A stretch of DNA of 29,703 nucleotides from Dongiaceae bacterium (lineage in GTDB: Bacteria; Pseudomonadota; Gammaproteobacteria; Pseudomonadales; Ketobacteraceae): contig DATLII010000187.1 of the NCBI GenBank assembly GCA_035539495.1, positions 1-29,703 on the forward strand, written 5' to 3'. Of this stretch, positions 19,878 through 27,140 are shown piece by piece (the first letter of the stretch is position 1; each line of letters opens with the position of its first letter). Made by a program: the position numbers and the translations under genes. A model generated the notes under the pieces. The model did not search any database. It worked only from the letters and a program-made list of their open reading frames with translations, and was not told the origin of the DNA.

Positions 19878-21656
19878 ATGGCCACCGCCAAACAGAGTGA
19901 TGCATTGCAGCAATGGCTACCGCGGCTGGATGAGCAATTGCTGCCCGTGCTGCCCGCGCCGTATCCGCGGGTACAGGCGCTGCTGAAGAAACGTGAAGTG
20001 CCGCTGCAGGAAGTGGCACGTACTATCGCCAGCGATCCGGTATTGAGCCTGCATTTATTGCGGGAATGCCAGCGACTGTTCGGGCGTCGGCTGGGTGGTG
20101 TGCCGGGCAATATTCAGCACTGCGTGTCGCTGATGGGATTGGACAAACTGCGCGCACTGCTGAGCACCCTGCAACCACTGCGCGGTGATCCCAACGATCC
20201 GGCGCTGCATCCGTATTTACGCGCAATCGGCAACAGCGTGCACACGCTGGCTCAAATTGGCGCCTGGACCCGCTACCGCAGCCAGCCTGGCGCCGACCAT
20301 CTGCTGCAGGCGGCCCTGTTGCACGGTGCAGCAGAATGGTCGCTATGGCATCGGGCCGGCAGCGACATGCAGATCATCGATCGTTTGATCCGGCAGGAAC
20401 GCATTCCGCCCCGTCACGCCGAACAAGCCGTGCTCGGCTGCAGCCTTGATGAGATTGCCCTCGGTCTGGGCCAGCGCTGGCGCTTCCCTGCCGATGTGCT
20501 GGAGTGTTTGGACAGCCCTCAATTACCTGACGCCGGCTTCCTGCTGCGTCGCACCCGCGACACCCGCCGCGACCCGAACTACCGCCTGCCCGCCCGCGAT
20601 CATCACGGCCACCTCATCCGCTCCGCCGGCGCCACTTTGCATATGGGCGAATGGTTAACGAAGGAACTGGCGCTGGACTGGTATTCCCCCGGCAGCCGGC
20701 GCTGCATCGCGATCGCGGCCGTTTACCTGAATATTCCCGAGGAAGAGTTGCCGACCCTGATCCGCGACTGCGCGCTGGCCATTTCCCATGAATGGACCGT
20801 GCCGGGTGTAGTGGCTCCCGCCGCCAATCTGGTGTGGCCGGTGCAACCACGCCGACGCCGGCGCTTAAAACTGCGCCAACTGTCGGCGGCTGTCGATAAA
20901 TTGCGCGCAGCTCCGGCCAAAGCGCAGGCGTCAGCCACTCAGCCAACCCGGCCCACGCCCGCCAAACCCACATTGACCAAACCCGCGGCAGCACCACCGC
21001 GCCCGGCGCCCATTGGCTTGCCCAACAATAATCTGCCCCCGGAGCTGGACCGCGACCGCCTGCTGAATGTCCCACCGCCACCCATCGCCCGTGCCGATAC
21101 CTCGAACCGTCATGCCGGCTTCCGCTCCCCGGAGCTCAAACAAACCTTCGAACAATTTTTGCGCACGCTACAGGACCCGCTGCGCGACAGTAGCGCCCAG
21201 GACGATTTGAAGTTAGTAGCGAACCAACTGCACGCCTGTACGACGTTGACCCGGGTTGTGGCCATGCTTCACCAGCGCCAGACCGATCAGGTGGAAAGCC
21301 TGCAGGCGTTCGGCTGCGACCATTATCCAGGCCTGCAACGGCTGAAGGTCGAGCTGCGGCCGGTGAACCTGTTTACGCATCTGCTGAAGCAATCGGCCAG
21401 CGTCTGGATCAGCCCCGACCGCCCCAATCCCATGAATGCGCTGGTGCCGGGTTCGCTCAAGCAGGCCAGTCAGGCCAGCGAATTCTTCGTCATGTCGGTA
21501 TTTGATCATCGCGGTCCGTTCGGCCTGATCTATGCCGACCTGGGCACCGACATGCGCCAAACCCTGTCCAACCAGGAATACAGCGCATTCAAAGCCGCCT
21601 GCACCGCCTGCAGCAAACGCCTGATAACCCGTGGCCGCCAAGACGGCAGCCCCTGA
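19878..21656 (+). CDS. HDOD-domain protein with a Pro-rich linker and a C-terminal GAF-like domain
   Basis: N-terminal LPVLP..IASDPVLSLHLLREC...HCVSLMGL...ALLHG and LGQRWRFP pattern typical of HDOD. The C-terminal RVVAML..LFTHLLKQ..FVMSVF..GLIYAD pattern resembles GAF. It is divergent from motA; the ORF track begins at GTG 19872. Confidence 0.75.
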   Translation: MATAKQSDALQQWLPRLDEQLLPVLPAPYPRVQALLKKREVPLQEVARTIASDPVLSLHLLRECQRLFGRRLGGVPGNIQHCVSLMGLDKLRALLSTLQPLRGDPNDPALHPYLRAIGNSVHTLAQIGAWTRYRSQPGADHLLQAALLHGAAEWSLWHRAGSDMQIIDRLIRQERIPPRHAEQAVLGCSLDEIALGLGQRWRFPADVLECLDSPQLPDAGFLLRRTRDTRRDPNYRLPARDHHGHLIRSAGATLHMGEWLTKELALDWYSPGSRRCIAIAAVYLNIPEEELPTLIRDCALAISHEWTVPGVVAPAANLVWPVQPRRRRRLKLRQLSAAVDKLRAAPAKAQASATQPTRPTPAKPTLTKPAAAPPRPAPIGLPNNNLPPELDRDRLLNVPPPPIARADTSNRHAGFRSPELKQTFEQFLRTLQDPLRDSSAQDDLKLVANQLHACTTLTRVVAMLHQRQTDQVESLQAFGCDHYPGLQRLKVELRPVNLFTHLLKQSASVWISPDRPNPMNALVPGSLKQASQASEFFVMSVFDHRGPFGLIYADLGTDMRQTLSNQEYSAFKAACTACSKRLITRGRQDGSP

Positions 21657-21684
21657 GCTAGACCAATGAATAGCGTTAAAAATT

Positions 21685-21714
21685 TTGAGCCCGGATGCGG
21701 GCATCAAGTACACT
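21685..21714 (+). promoter_or_regulatory. Putative sigma70 promoter for rhdA-psd
   Basis: TTGAGC (21685-21690)-N18-TACACT (21709-21714). A GCCCG-gatg-CGGGC inverted repeat (21689-21702) overlaps the -35 and spacer. Confidence 0.4.
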
Positions 21715-21780
21715 GGCAGCAATCCTGTCCCGCTCGCACCGCATTCCCCCGGGACCTTGTCTGTACCTGAAGGAAACCGA

Positions 21781-22608
21781 ATGACTGAAAGTCGCCTGGA
21801 CCTGCCCTTGGTCATTGAACCGGCGCAACTGGAGCCCCTGCTGGGCACCCCCAACCTGCTGGTGGTGGATTTGTGTCGCCCGGAACAGTACGCCACCGCG
21901 CATATTCCCGGTGCCGTGTTCCTGCCGTTCACCCAATTGTCCCGCGGCGTACCGCCGGGGCCGGGAAAACTGCCCGCAGAAAATCTGATGTCACGGGTCA
22001 TGTCCTCCATCGGCCTGACGCCAGACACCCATGTGGTGGCCTACGACGACGAAGGTGGCGGCTGGGCCGGACGCCTGATCTGGACCCTGGATGTGATCGG
22101 CCATCGCCACTATTCCTATCTGAACGGCGGCCTGCACGCCTGGATTGCCGAGCGGCGCAAGCTGGAATCTGGCATCGCCCGCCCCGAGCCCAGCCAGTAC
22201 ACCGCCCACTACACCAGCAACGGCATCAAGACCAAGGAAGACATCCTGGCCCACCTGAAAGACCCGAACTATGTGATCTGGGATGCCCGTTCCCGCGACG
22301 AATATTTCGGCAATCGGGTCAGTGCCCAGAAGAACGGCCATATTCCCGGCGCCGTGAACTACGAATGGACCCGTGCCATGGACCCGCACAACCACCTGCG
22401 CATCCGCGATCCCGAAAAGCTGCGCCAGGAACTGGCCTCCCTGGGTATCACTGCGGATAAAACCATCGTCACTCACTGTCAAACCCACCACCGCTCCGGC
22501 TTCACCTACCTGGTTGGAAAAGTGCTGGGCTTCCCCCATATCAACGCCTACCCGGGTTCCTGGTCCGAATGGGGCAACGATCCGGCCACGCCGGTGGAAA
22601 CCCACTGA
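21781..22608 (+). CDS. rhdA: Two-domain rhodanese (thiosulfate sulfurtransferase), RhdA type, 275 aa
   Basis: HIPGAVF, YDDEGGGWAGRLIW, YLNGG, WDARS, GHIPGA, the active-site loop HCQTHHRSG characteristic of Azotobacter/Pseudomonas RhdA, and YPGSWSEW. The start is ATG 21781 after an AAGGA SD. Confidence 0.9.
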   Translation: MTESRLDLPLVIEPAQLEPLLGTPNLLVVDLCRPEQYATAHIPGAVFLPFTQLSRGVPPGPGKLPAENLMSRVMSSIGLTPDTHVVAYDDEGGGWAGRLIWTLDVIGHRHYSYLNGGLHAWIAERRKLESGIARPEPSQYTAHYTSNGIKTKEDILAHLKDPNYVIWDARSRDEYFGNRVSAQKNGHIPGAVNYEWTRAMDPHNHLRIRDPEKLRQELASLGITADKTIVTHCQTHHRSGFTYLVGKVLGFPHINAYPGSWSEWGNDPATPVETH

Positions 22609-22684
22609 CATCGCACTGGTCCAACCGGTGCCGTGCACTGTTTTTTCCGTTCTTTTTTGTCTGTAACCGAATCGAGAGAATCCC

Positions 22685-23545
22685 ATGACTGATTCCGTGC
22701 TGAATCGCCTGAGCGTCCTGTCCCAATATCTGGTGCCGCAGCATTTGCTGTCCCGCTTCATGGGCTTGCTGGCGGATTCCCGCGTTCCCGAAATCCGCAA
22801 CACACTGGTGGATTTTTTCGTCAAACGCTACAACATCGACATGAGCATCGCCGCCGAGCCTGATCCTCATGCTTATGCAACGTTTAACGATTTCTTCACC
22901 CGCGCGTTACGTGAAGGCGTGCGCCCGATCACTGACAGCGGCGTCGCCTGTCCCGCCGACGGCGCCGTCAGCCAAGCCGGCAAAATCGATGACGAGCGAA
23001 TTTTTCAGGCCAAGGGCCAACATTACACGCTGACGCAATTGCTGGGCGGTGATGCGGCCCGCGCCGCACCGTTTCGCCACGGCGATTTTGCCACCATCTA
23101 TTTGTCGCCCCGCGATTACCACCGTGTACACATGCCATACAGCGGCGTGCTGAAAGAAATGATTTATGTGCCGGGAAAATTATTTTCAGTGAATACGCTC
23201 ACCGCGCAGCAAGTGCCAGCACTGTTCGCACGCAATGAACGTGTGGTGGCAATTTTCGATACAGATGTAGGACCGATGGCGGTAATCCTGGTAGGCGCCA
23301 TGATCGTGGCGAGCGTGGAAACCGTGTGGGCCGGGCTGGTAACTCCGCCGAAACGGCAGTTGAAAGTCACCGACTATTCCCAGCCACAACAGATCCGGCT
23401 GGAGCGAGGCGACGAAATGGGCCGCTTCAAACTGGGCTCCACCGCAGTGGTGTTGTTTGGCCCGGGCGTGGTGAAGTGGAGCGAGACAGTGCGAGAAGGC
23501 GCGCCCACCCGGATGGGTGAGCAGATCGGTACTTTTTTACGTTAA
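22685..23545 (+). CDS. psd: Phosphatidylserine decarboxylase proenzyme
   Basis: FNDFFTRAL, CPADG, YLSPRDYHRVH, LFARNERVV, and the self-cleavage site RFKLGST. Confidence 0.97.
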   Translation: MTDSVLNRLSVLSQYLVPQHLLSRFMGLLADSRVPEIRNTLVDFFVKRYNIDMSIAAEPDPHAYATFNDFFTRALREGVRPITDSGVACPADGAVSQAGKIDDERIFQAKGQHYTLTQLLGGDAARAAPFRHGDFATIYLSPRDYHRVHMPYSGVLKEMIYVPGKLFSVNTLTAQQVPALFARNERVVAIFDTDVGPMAVILVGAMIVASVETVWAGLVTPPKRQLKVTDYSQPQQIRLERGDEMGRFKLGSTAVVLFGPGVVKWSETVREGAPTRMGEQIGTFLR

Positions 23546-23577
23546 GTAGGGTCTACGTTAAATACGGTTTACGTTAA
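23538..23577. repeat. Three copies of TACGTTAA at an exact 16-bp period
   Basis: Copies lie at 23538-23545 (containing the psd stop), 23554-23561 and 23570-23577. The first two 16-mers are 13/16 identical. Confidence 0.75.
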
Positions 23578-23607
23578 AACCTGCTTGCTCTAATGCCTGA
23601 TGTGCCA

Positions 23608-23686
23608 GGGCCTGTCGATAACGCCAGGCCCCTTCAAAGCCCGGCTGATTCAACCGGGCAACTGCATTTTCTCTTGTTATTGCCCG
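23608..23686. terminator. Tandem GC hairpins between convergent psd and the hypothetical gene (possible bidirectional termination or stabilising structure)
   Basis: GGGCCTG/CAGGCCC (23608-23631), GCCCGG/CCGGGC (23639-23659), and an alternative stem CGGGCAA/TTGCCCG (23655-23686). There is no clean adjacent U-tract. Confidence 0.35.
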
Positions 23687-23687
23687 C

Positions 23688-24014
23688 TCAGTCGTTGTCC
23701 TCACCGTCGATGTCTTCCACAAACGGCTCTTCGGTGAGGGTCAGCAGGATTTCTTTCTTATAGGTCGTGATCACGATCTTGCGCGCATCCAGCCGCTCGA
23801 TGCTGACGATGTCGTCCACCGTTTCATCTTCCGGTTCATTGATCAGGCTGGTTTCGGCATAGGACAGGATGCCCGGAAACACGATCCGCAGCAGCGGATT
23901 CTGGGCATCCGGGTCATCGAAGCACTCGATGAACAGCATGCGCACATCGACGTCGTAAACCAGGTTGGAAATATAGGGCGAGCAATCACCCAGCAGCTGT
24001 TCGGTCAGTTCCAT
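23688..24014 (-). CDS. Hypothetical protein, 108 aa, strongly acidic
   Basis: Clean ATG-TGA ORF filling the intergenic space with no competing gene. It has 27 D/E versus 7 K/R, and I recognise no family motif. Confidence 0.7.
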   Translation of the reverse strand: MELTEQLLGDCSPYISNLVYDVDVRMLFIECFDDPDAQNPLLRIVFPGILSYAETSLINEPEDETVDDIVSIERLDARKIVITTYKKEILLTLTEEPFVEDIDGEDND

Positions 24015-24047
24015 GGCGCACCGCGGAAGTCATTGAAGGTGCGCCAT
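24013..24047. promoter_or_regulatory. Perfect 10-bp inverted repeat covering the start codon of the 108-aa gene and overlapping a TACAAT -10 box
   Basis: ATGGCGCACC (24013-24022) and GGTGCGCCAT (24038-24047) with a 15-nt spacer. Minus-strand TACAAT lies at 24051-24046, with TTCATT 17 nt upstream. Confidence 0.55.
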
Positions 24048-24090
24048 TGTATGCCGGCCAACGCCCAGAATGAAGGGTCAGACAAAAGAG

Positions 24091-25167
24091 TCAGGCTGCG
24101 TGCGTCGCCTGCTTCACCTGAGCGATCAGGCGATCCAGATTGCCGAACAGCCGGGTCAGCAGTTTACCCACATTGCCAAAGCGGATGCTCTGGGCCACCA
24201 GCGTGCTCTCCAACCCGTTCAATTCGTGGGTGGAAGGAATGCGCGGCCGCAACTGTTCCGCCAGATCCTGCAAGGGCTGCATGATCGGCAGAATGTAACG
24301 GTCCATTTGATGGGCCAGGCGCATTTCCAGTTGCGCCAGCGTATCCACTGGCAATTTCAAACCGGCAACAGCATCAGCAACACGCCGCTCCAATGGTGCG
24401 GCCTGCAAATCCTGCGGCTTTTGCGCCTGATTCAGCACGCTGCCCAGGGTTTTCAATACCGCCATTGCCGGCACCAGATCCTGCAGCGATCCATCCAGCG
24501 CGGAACTCATGCGCAGTAATACTTCCAGTTTGCTGCTCAGTTCCGATAACCGGTTCATCTTGCCCATTAGCAAACCTACCTGGGCTGCCACGTCCGCGGT
24601 TTCCTGTTCGATCACGGAGAACTGAGGAATCAAGGTTTCCAGCTGCTTTTCCACTGCCAATGGCAAACCCGATGTCAGCTCCTGATCTGACAGACGCGAC
24701 ACTGCTTTTTTGAACAGCGACATTTTTTCATCCAGCGCCTGCACCTCGGCTTGCATGGATTCCACCACTGGAATCAGCGCAGCCATGAAGACAAACACAG
24801 GATTGAGATAGCCTTCGACACGCACCACGCCGGTGTGCGTACGATCGATCGCCTGTTTGGCGTTGCGCGACAGCAAATTGAGTTGCAACGCTGGCCGCAA
24901 TAATGGAATACCCGTAGTTTCCGACAATGCCGCTGCTACGCTGCTTTCCTGCAACGCGATGTCGTTCACGTCCTTCATCGCGCGTACATTTTTATTCAGG
25001 CTGCGCACACTGTTGCGAATGCTGAGCAAACCTACCGGCGCGCCCACCACAAAACGTTGAGCATCGGCTTGCAGCACATTGTTGATGTTAGCAACAAACG
25101 TGGACAAATTGCGGATGTCACGGGCGAGGGGGTAGAGAATGGTCCTGAGCTTACGAGCTTCTTCCAT
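24091..25167 (-). CDS. Hypothetical protein, 358 aa, predicted amphipathic all-alpha/coiled-coil
   Basis: Long ORF with a strong AAGGAG SD before ATG 25167. It is L/A/V/Q-rich, has no Trp or Cys, and shows no clear TM helix or signal peptide. Confidence 0.8.
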   Translation of the reverse strand: MEEARKLRTILYPLARDIRNLSTFVANINNVLQADAQRFVVGAPVGLLSIRNSVRSLNKNVRAMKDVNDIALQESSVAAALSETTGIPLLRPALQLNLLSRNAKQAIDRTHTGVVRVEGYLNPVFVFMAALIPVVESMQAEVQALDEKMSLFKKAVSRLSDQELTSGLPLAVEKQLETLIPQFSVIEQETADVAAQVGLLMGKMNRLSELSSKLEVLLRMSSALDGSLQDLVPAMAVLKTLGSVLNQAQKPQDLQAAPLERRVADAVAGLKLPVDTLAQLEMRLAHQMDRYILPIMQPLQDLAEQLRPRIPSTHELNGLESTLVAQSIRFGNVGKLLTRLFGNLDRLIAQVKQATHAA

Positions 25168-25302
25168 GGGGCTCTCCTTAGAGTCTCTCCTTGCTGGATG
25201 AGGTGAACGCTTCACAGGGCTGCGCACACAACGGCATTCACTTGCCGGACGTTCATTCGCTCATTGAGGTTGTAATGGGCACGAGTGTCCACGACAAAGC
25301 TG

Positions 25303-25309
25303 AGTATAG
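25303..25309 (-). promoter_or_regulatory. RpoS/sigma70-type -10 element upstream of the 358-aa gene
   Basis: Minus strand CTATACT, an exact match to the RpoS -10 consensus. There is no convincing -35. Confidence 0.35.
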
Positions 25310-25408
25310 CGGTAGGTATTACGCCCTGCCGAGCACTGTCGGACAATTTTTTCGTCTTTTATCAGGCAATTTTCTTTAGGGCGTTTTTTGATCAGAACTC
25401 AGTCCAAA

Positions 25409-26005
25409 CTACTCTTCAATGCCAAGGTAGCCAGGCAGTTGCTGTATCCGATTCAGCCAACTGCGCAAATGCGGGAAGCGCTGCAAATCAAAACCGCCTT
25501 CTTCCGCTACGTGGGTATAAGCGTACAGCGCAATATCCGCAATGCTGTAGCGGTTATCGACGAAAAAAAGATTCTGCTGCAGATGCCGTTCCATCACGTC
25601 CAATGCGGCGTAACCCAAAGGTTTGCGACGGCGAATTTCAGCGGCATTTTTGACGGTGGATTTTTGAAAGGCCACCCAGAAACGAATCGTCGCGATATAG
25701 GGCTCGTGGCTGTATTGTTCGAAGAACAGCCACTGCAATACTTGAGCTTGAGCGTACCGATCCTGCGGAAAAAACGGTGTGCCCTGGGCCAGATAATACA
25801 GCGCGGCGTTGGATTCCGGCAGATAACGGCCGTTCACTTCCAGCACGGGAATGCGACCGTTGGAATTGATGCGCAGAAATTCCGGTGTACGCGATTCACC
25901 TTTGAGAATGTCGATCTCCACTTTCTCGTAGGGAATTTGCAATTGATTCAACAACAGGCGGATTTTGTAGCAGTTGCCGGAAGGGTGGTACTGGTACAGA
26001 CGCAT
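25409..26005 (-). CDS. Glutathione S-transferase family protein, 198 aa
   Basis: SGNCYKIRLLL, NSNGRIPVLE, LPESNAAL.YLA, WLFFEQYSHEP, YSIADIALYAYT and WLNRI. An AAGGA SD precedes ATG 26005. Confidence 0.92.
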   Translation of the reverse strand: MRLYQYHPSGNCYKIRLLLNQLQIPYEKVEIDILKGESRTPEFLRINSNGRIPVLEVNGRYLPESNAALYYLAQGTPFFPQDRYAQAQVLQWLFFEQYSHEPYIATIRFWVAFQKSTVKNAAEIRRRKPLGYAALDVMERHLQQNLFFVDNRYSIADIALYAYTHVAEEGGFDLQRFPHLRSWLNRIQQLPGYLGIEE

Positions 26006-26020
26006 AAGCAACGTTCCTTT

Positions 26021-26320
26021 TTAGCAATGGTACTCCACGACCCGGCGCTCGTCCCGCAGCGGCCCGACGATGGGTTTCACCTGCTCATGCACCGGGTGTT
26101 TTTCGTAAACGGCCAGCGCTTCTTCATTTTCGAAATCGACGATCATCACCACATCGGATGCATCCGCCAGCGTGGCGACATTGATGCCGACCTGAAGATC
26201 GACCAGGCCGGGAATTTTGCCCCGCATGGATTCCAGTGAGCGTTTAATGGTGCCCGCATCGAGCGATTTCTGGGCAGGATCGGTGGCGCGCAAACGCCAC
26301 AGCACAACACGTCTGAACAT
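26021..26320 (-). CDS. Dabb family (stress-responsive A/B barrel) protein
   Basis: 99 aa with VVLWRL, KIPGL.DLQVGIN, FENEEAL.VYEKHPVH and RRVVEY. Confidence 0.85.
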   Translation of the reverse strand: MFRRVVLWRLRATDPAQKSLDAGTIKRSLESMRGKIPGLVDLQVGINVATLADASDVVMIVDFENEEALAVYEKHPVHEQVKPIVGPLRDERRVVEYHC

Positions 26321-26335
26321 GAAAAAATTCCCTGA

Positions 26336-27130
26336 TTATTGATCCAGCATGAACGCCAGCATTTGTTCCAGCTGGGTTTCCAGCATCCATTTTCCGCCGT
26401 GAATCGGGCAGCCTTTCTGTTGCGCCACTTGCAGCAACGGCGTCATTTCCTGCGTCACCACCACGTCCGCCACCCACATATGCGGCTGCAGGAATTTTTC
26501 CGACAGTGGCAGCATGTCGTCTTCGTACATGCCCAGTCGCGTGGCGTTAATCACCAGATCGAAATCCTGGTCGTTGTAGGGACCGCACTGGAAATTCACG
26601 GCGGGGAAACGCAGTTTCAGTTTTTTGGTGAGCAGCTCGGCCTTTGATCCCGTGCGGTTGCGAATATGCAGCGACGCCACGCCGTGTTTGGCCATGGCGA
26701 AGGCAATGCCAGAAGCAGCACCACCAGCACCTAACAACAGTACACGCTTGTCTTTCGCATCGAATTCGCGCTGACGCAAACCGGCAACAAAGCCGTCGCC
26801 ATCCAGTAAGGTGCCAGACAGGGTGCCATCGCGATTGCGGCAGATGACATTGCAGGCGCCGGTCCAATGCACTTCCGCCGTCATCACATCAAGCATGGGC
26901 ACGACGGCGTTCTTGTGCGGCATGCTGATCACAGCACCGGCAAAATTCTGCACGCTTTTGAGGGCTTGAATGCAGCTTTTCAGGTCCGCCGCTTTTACAT
27001 GCATGGGGACCAATACGGCATCCAGCTCTTTACTCTGGATCAGTTCGTTCATCCAGAGCGGGGTTTTCGCCTGTTCCACCGGATCGGCGATGATCGCCAT
27101 CCAACGGGTCGTGCCGGAAATCGGAATCAT
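26336..27130 (-). CDS. Shikimate dehydrogenase-like oxidoreductase (AroE-like paralog, probably a non-canonical substrate), 264 aa
   Basis: ISGTTR..IIADPVEQAKTP, GAVISMPHK, GACNVI, DGDGF, LLGAGGAA, IRNRT, INATRLGM and GKWMLETQ. The start is re-picked at ATG 27130. Confidence 0.88.
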   Translation of the reverse strand: MIPISGTTRWMAIIADPVEQAKTPLWMNELIQSKELDAVLVPMHVKAADLKSCIQALKSVQNFAGAVISMPHKNAVVPMLDVMTAEVHWTGACNVICRNRDGTLSGTLLDGDGFVAGLRQREFDAKDKRVLLLGAGGAASGIAFAMAKHGVASLHIRNRTGSKAELLTKKLKLRFPAVNFQCGPYNDQDFDLVINATRLGMYEDDMLPLSEKFLQPHMWVADVVVTQEMTPLLQVAQQKGCPIHGGKWMLETQLEQMLAFMLDQ

Positions 27131-27140
27131 GAGACGCTCT

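Noticed and set aside
22613-22658. Hairpin GCACTGG/CCGGTGC followed by T-runs between rhdA and psd as an attenuator
   Set aside because: The stem includes a wobble pair and the T6 run starts 9 nt after it, which does not fit intrinsic terminator geometry.
19799-23577. Short direct repeats (19799-19830 and 23538-23577) as CRISPR remnants
   Set aside because: The repeats are only 8-13 bp with 6-8 bp spacers, there are 2-3 copies, and no cas genes are present.
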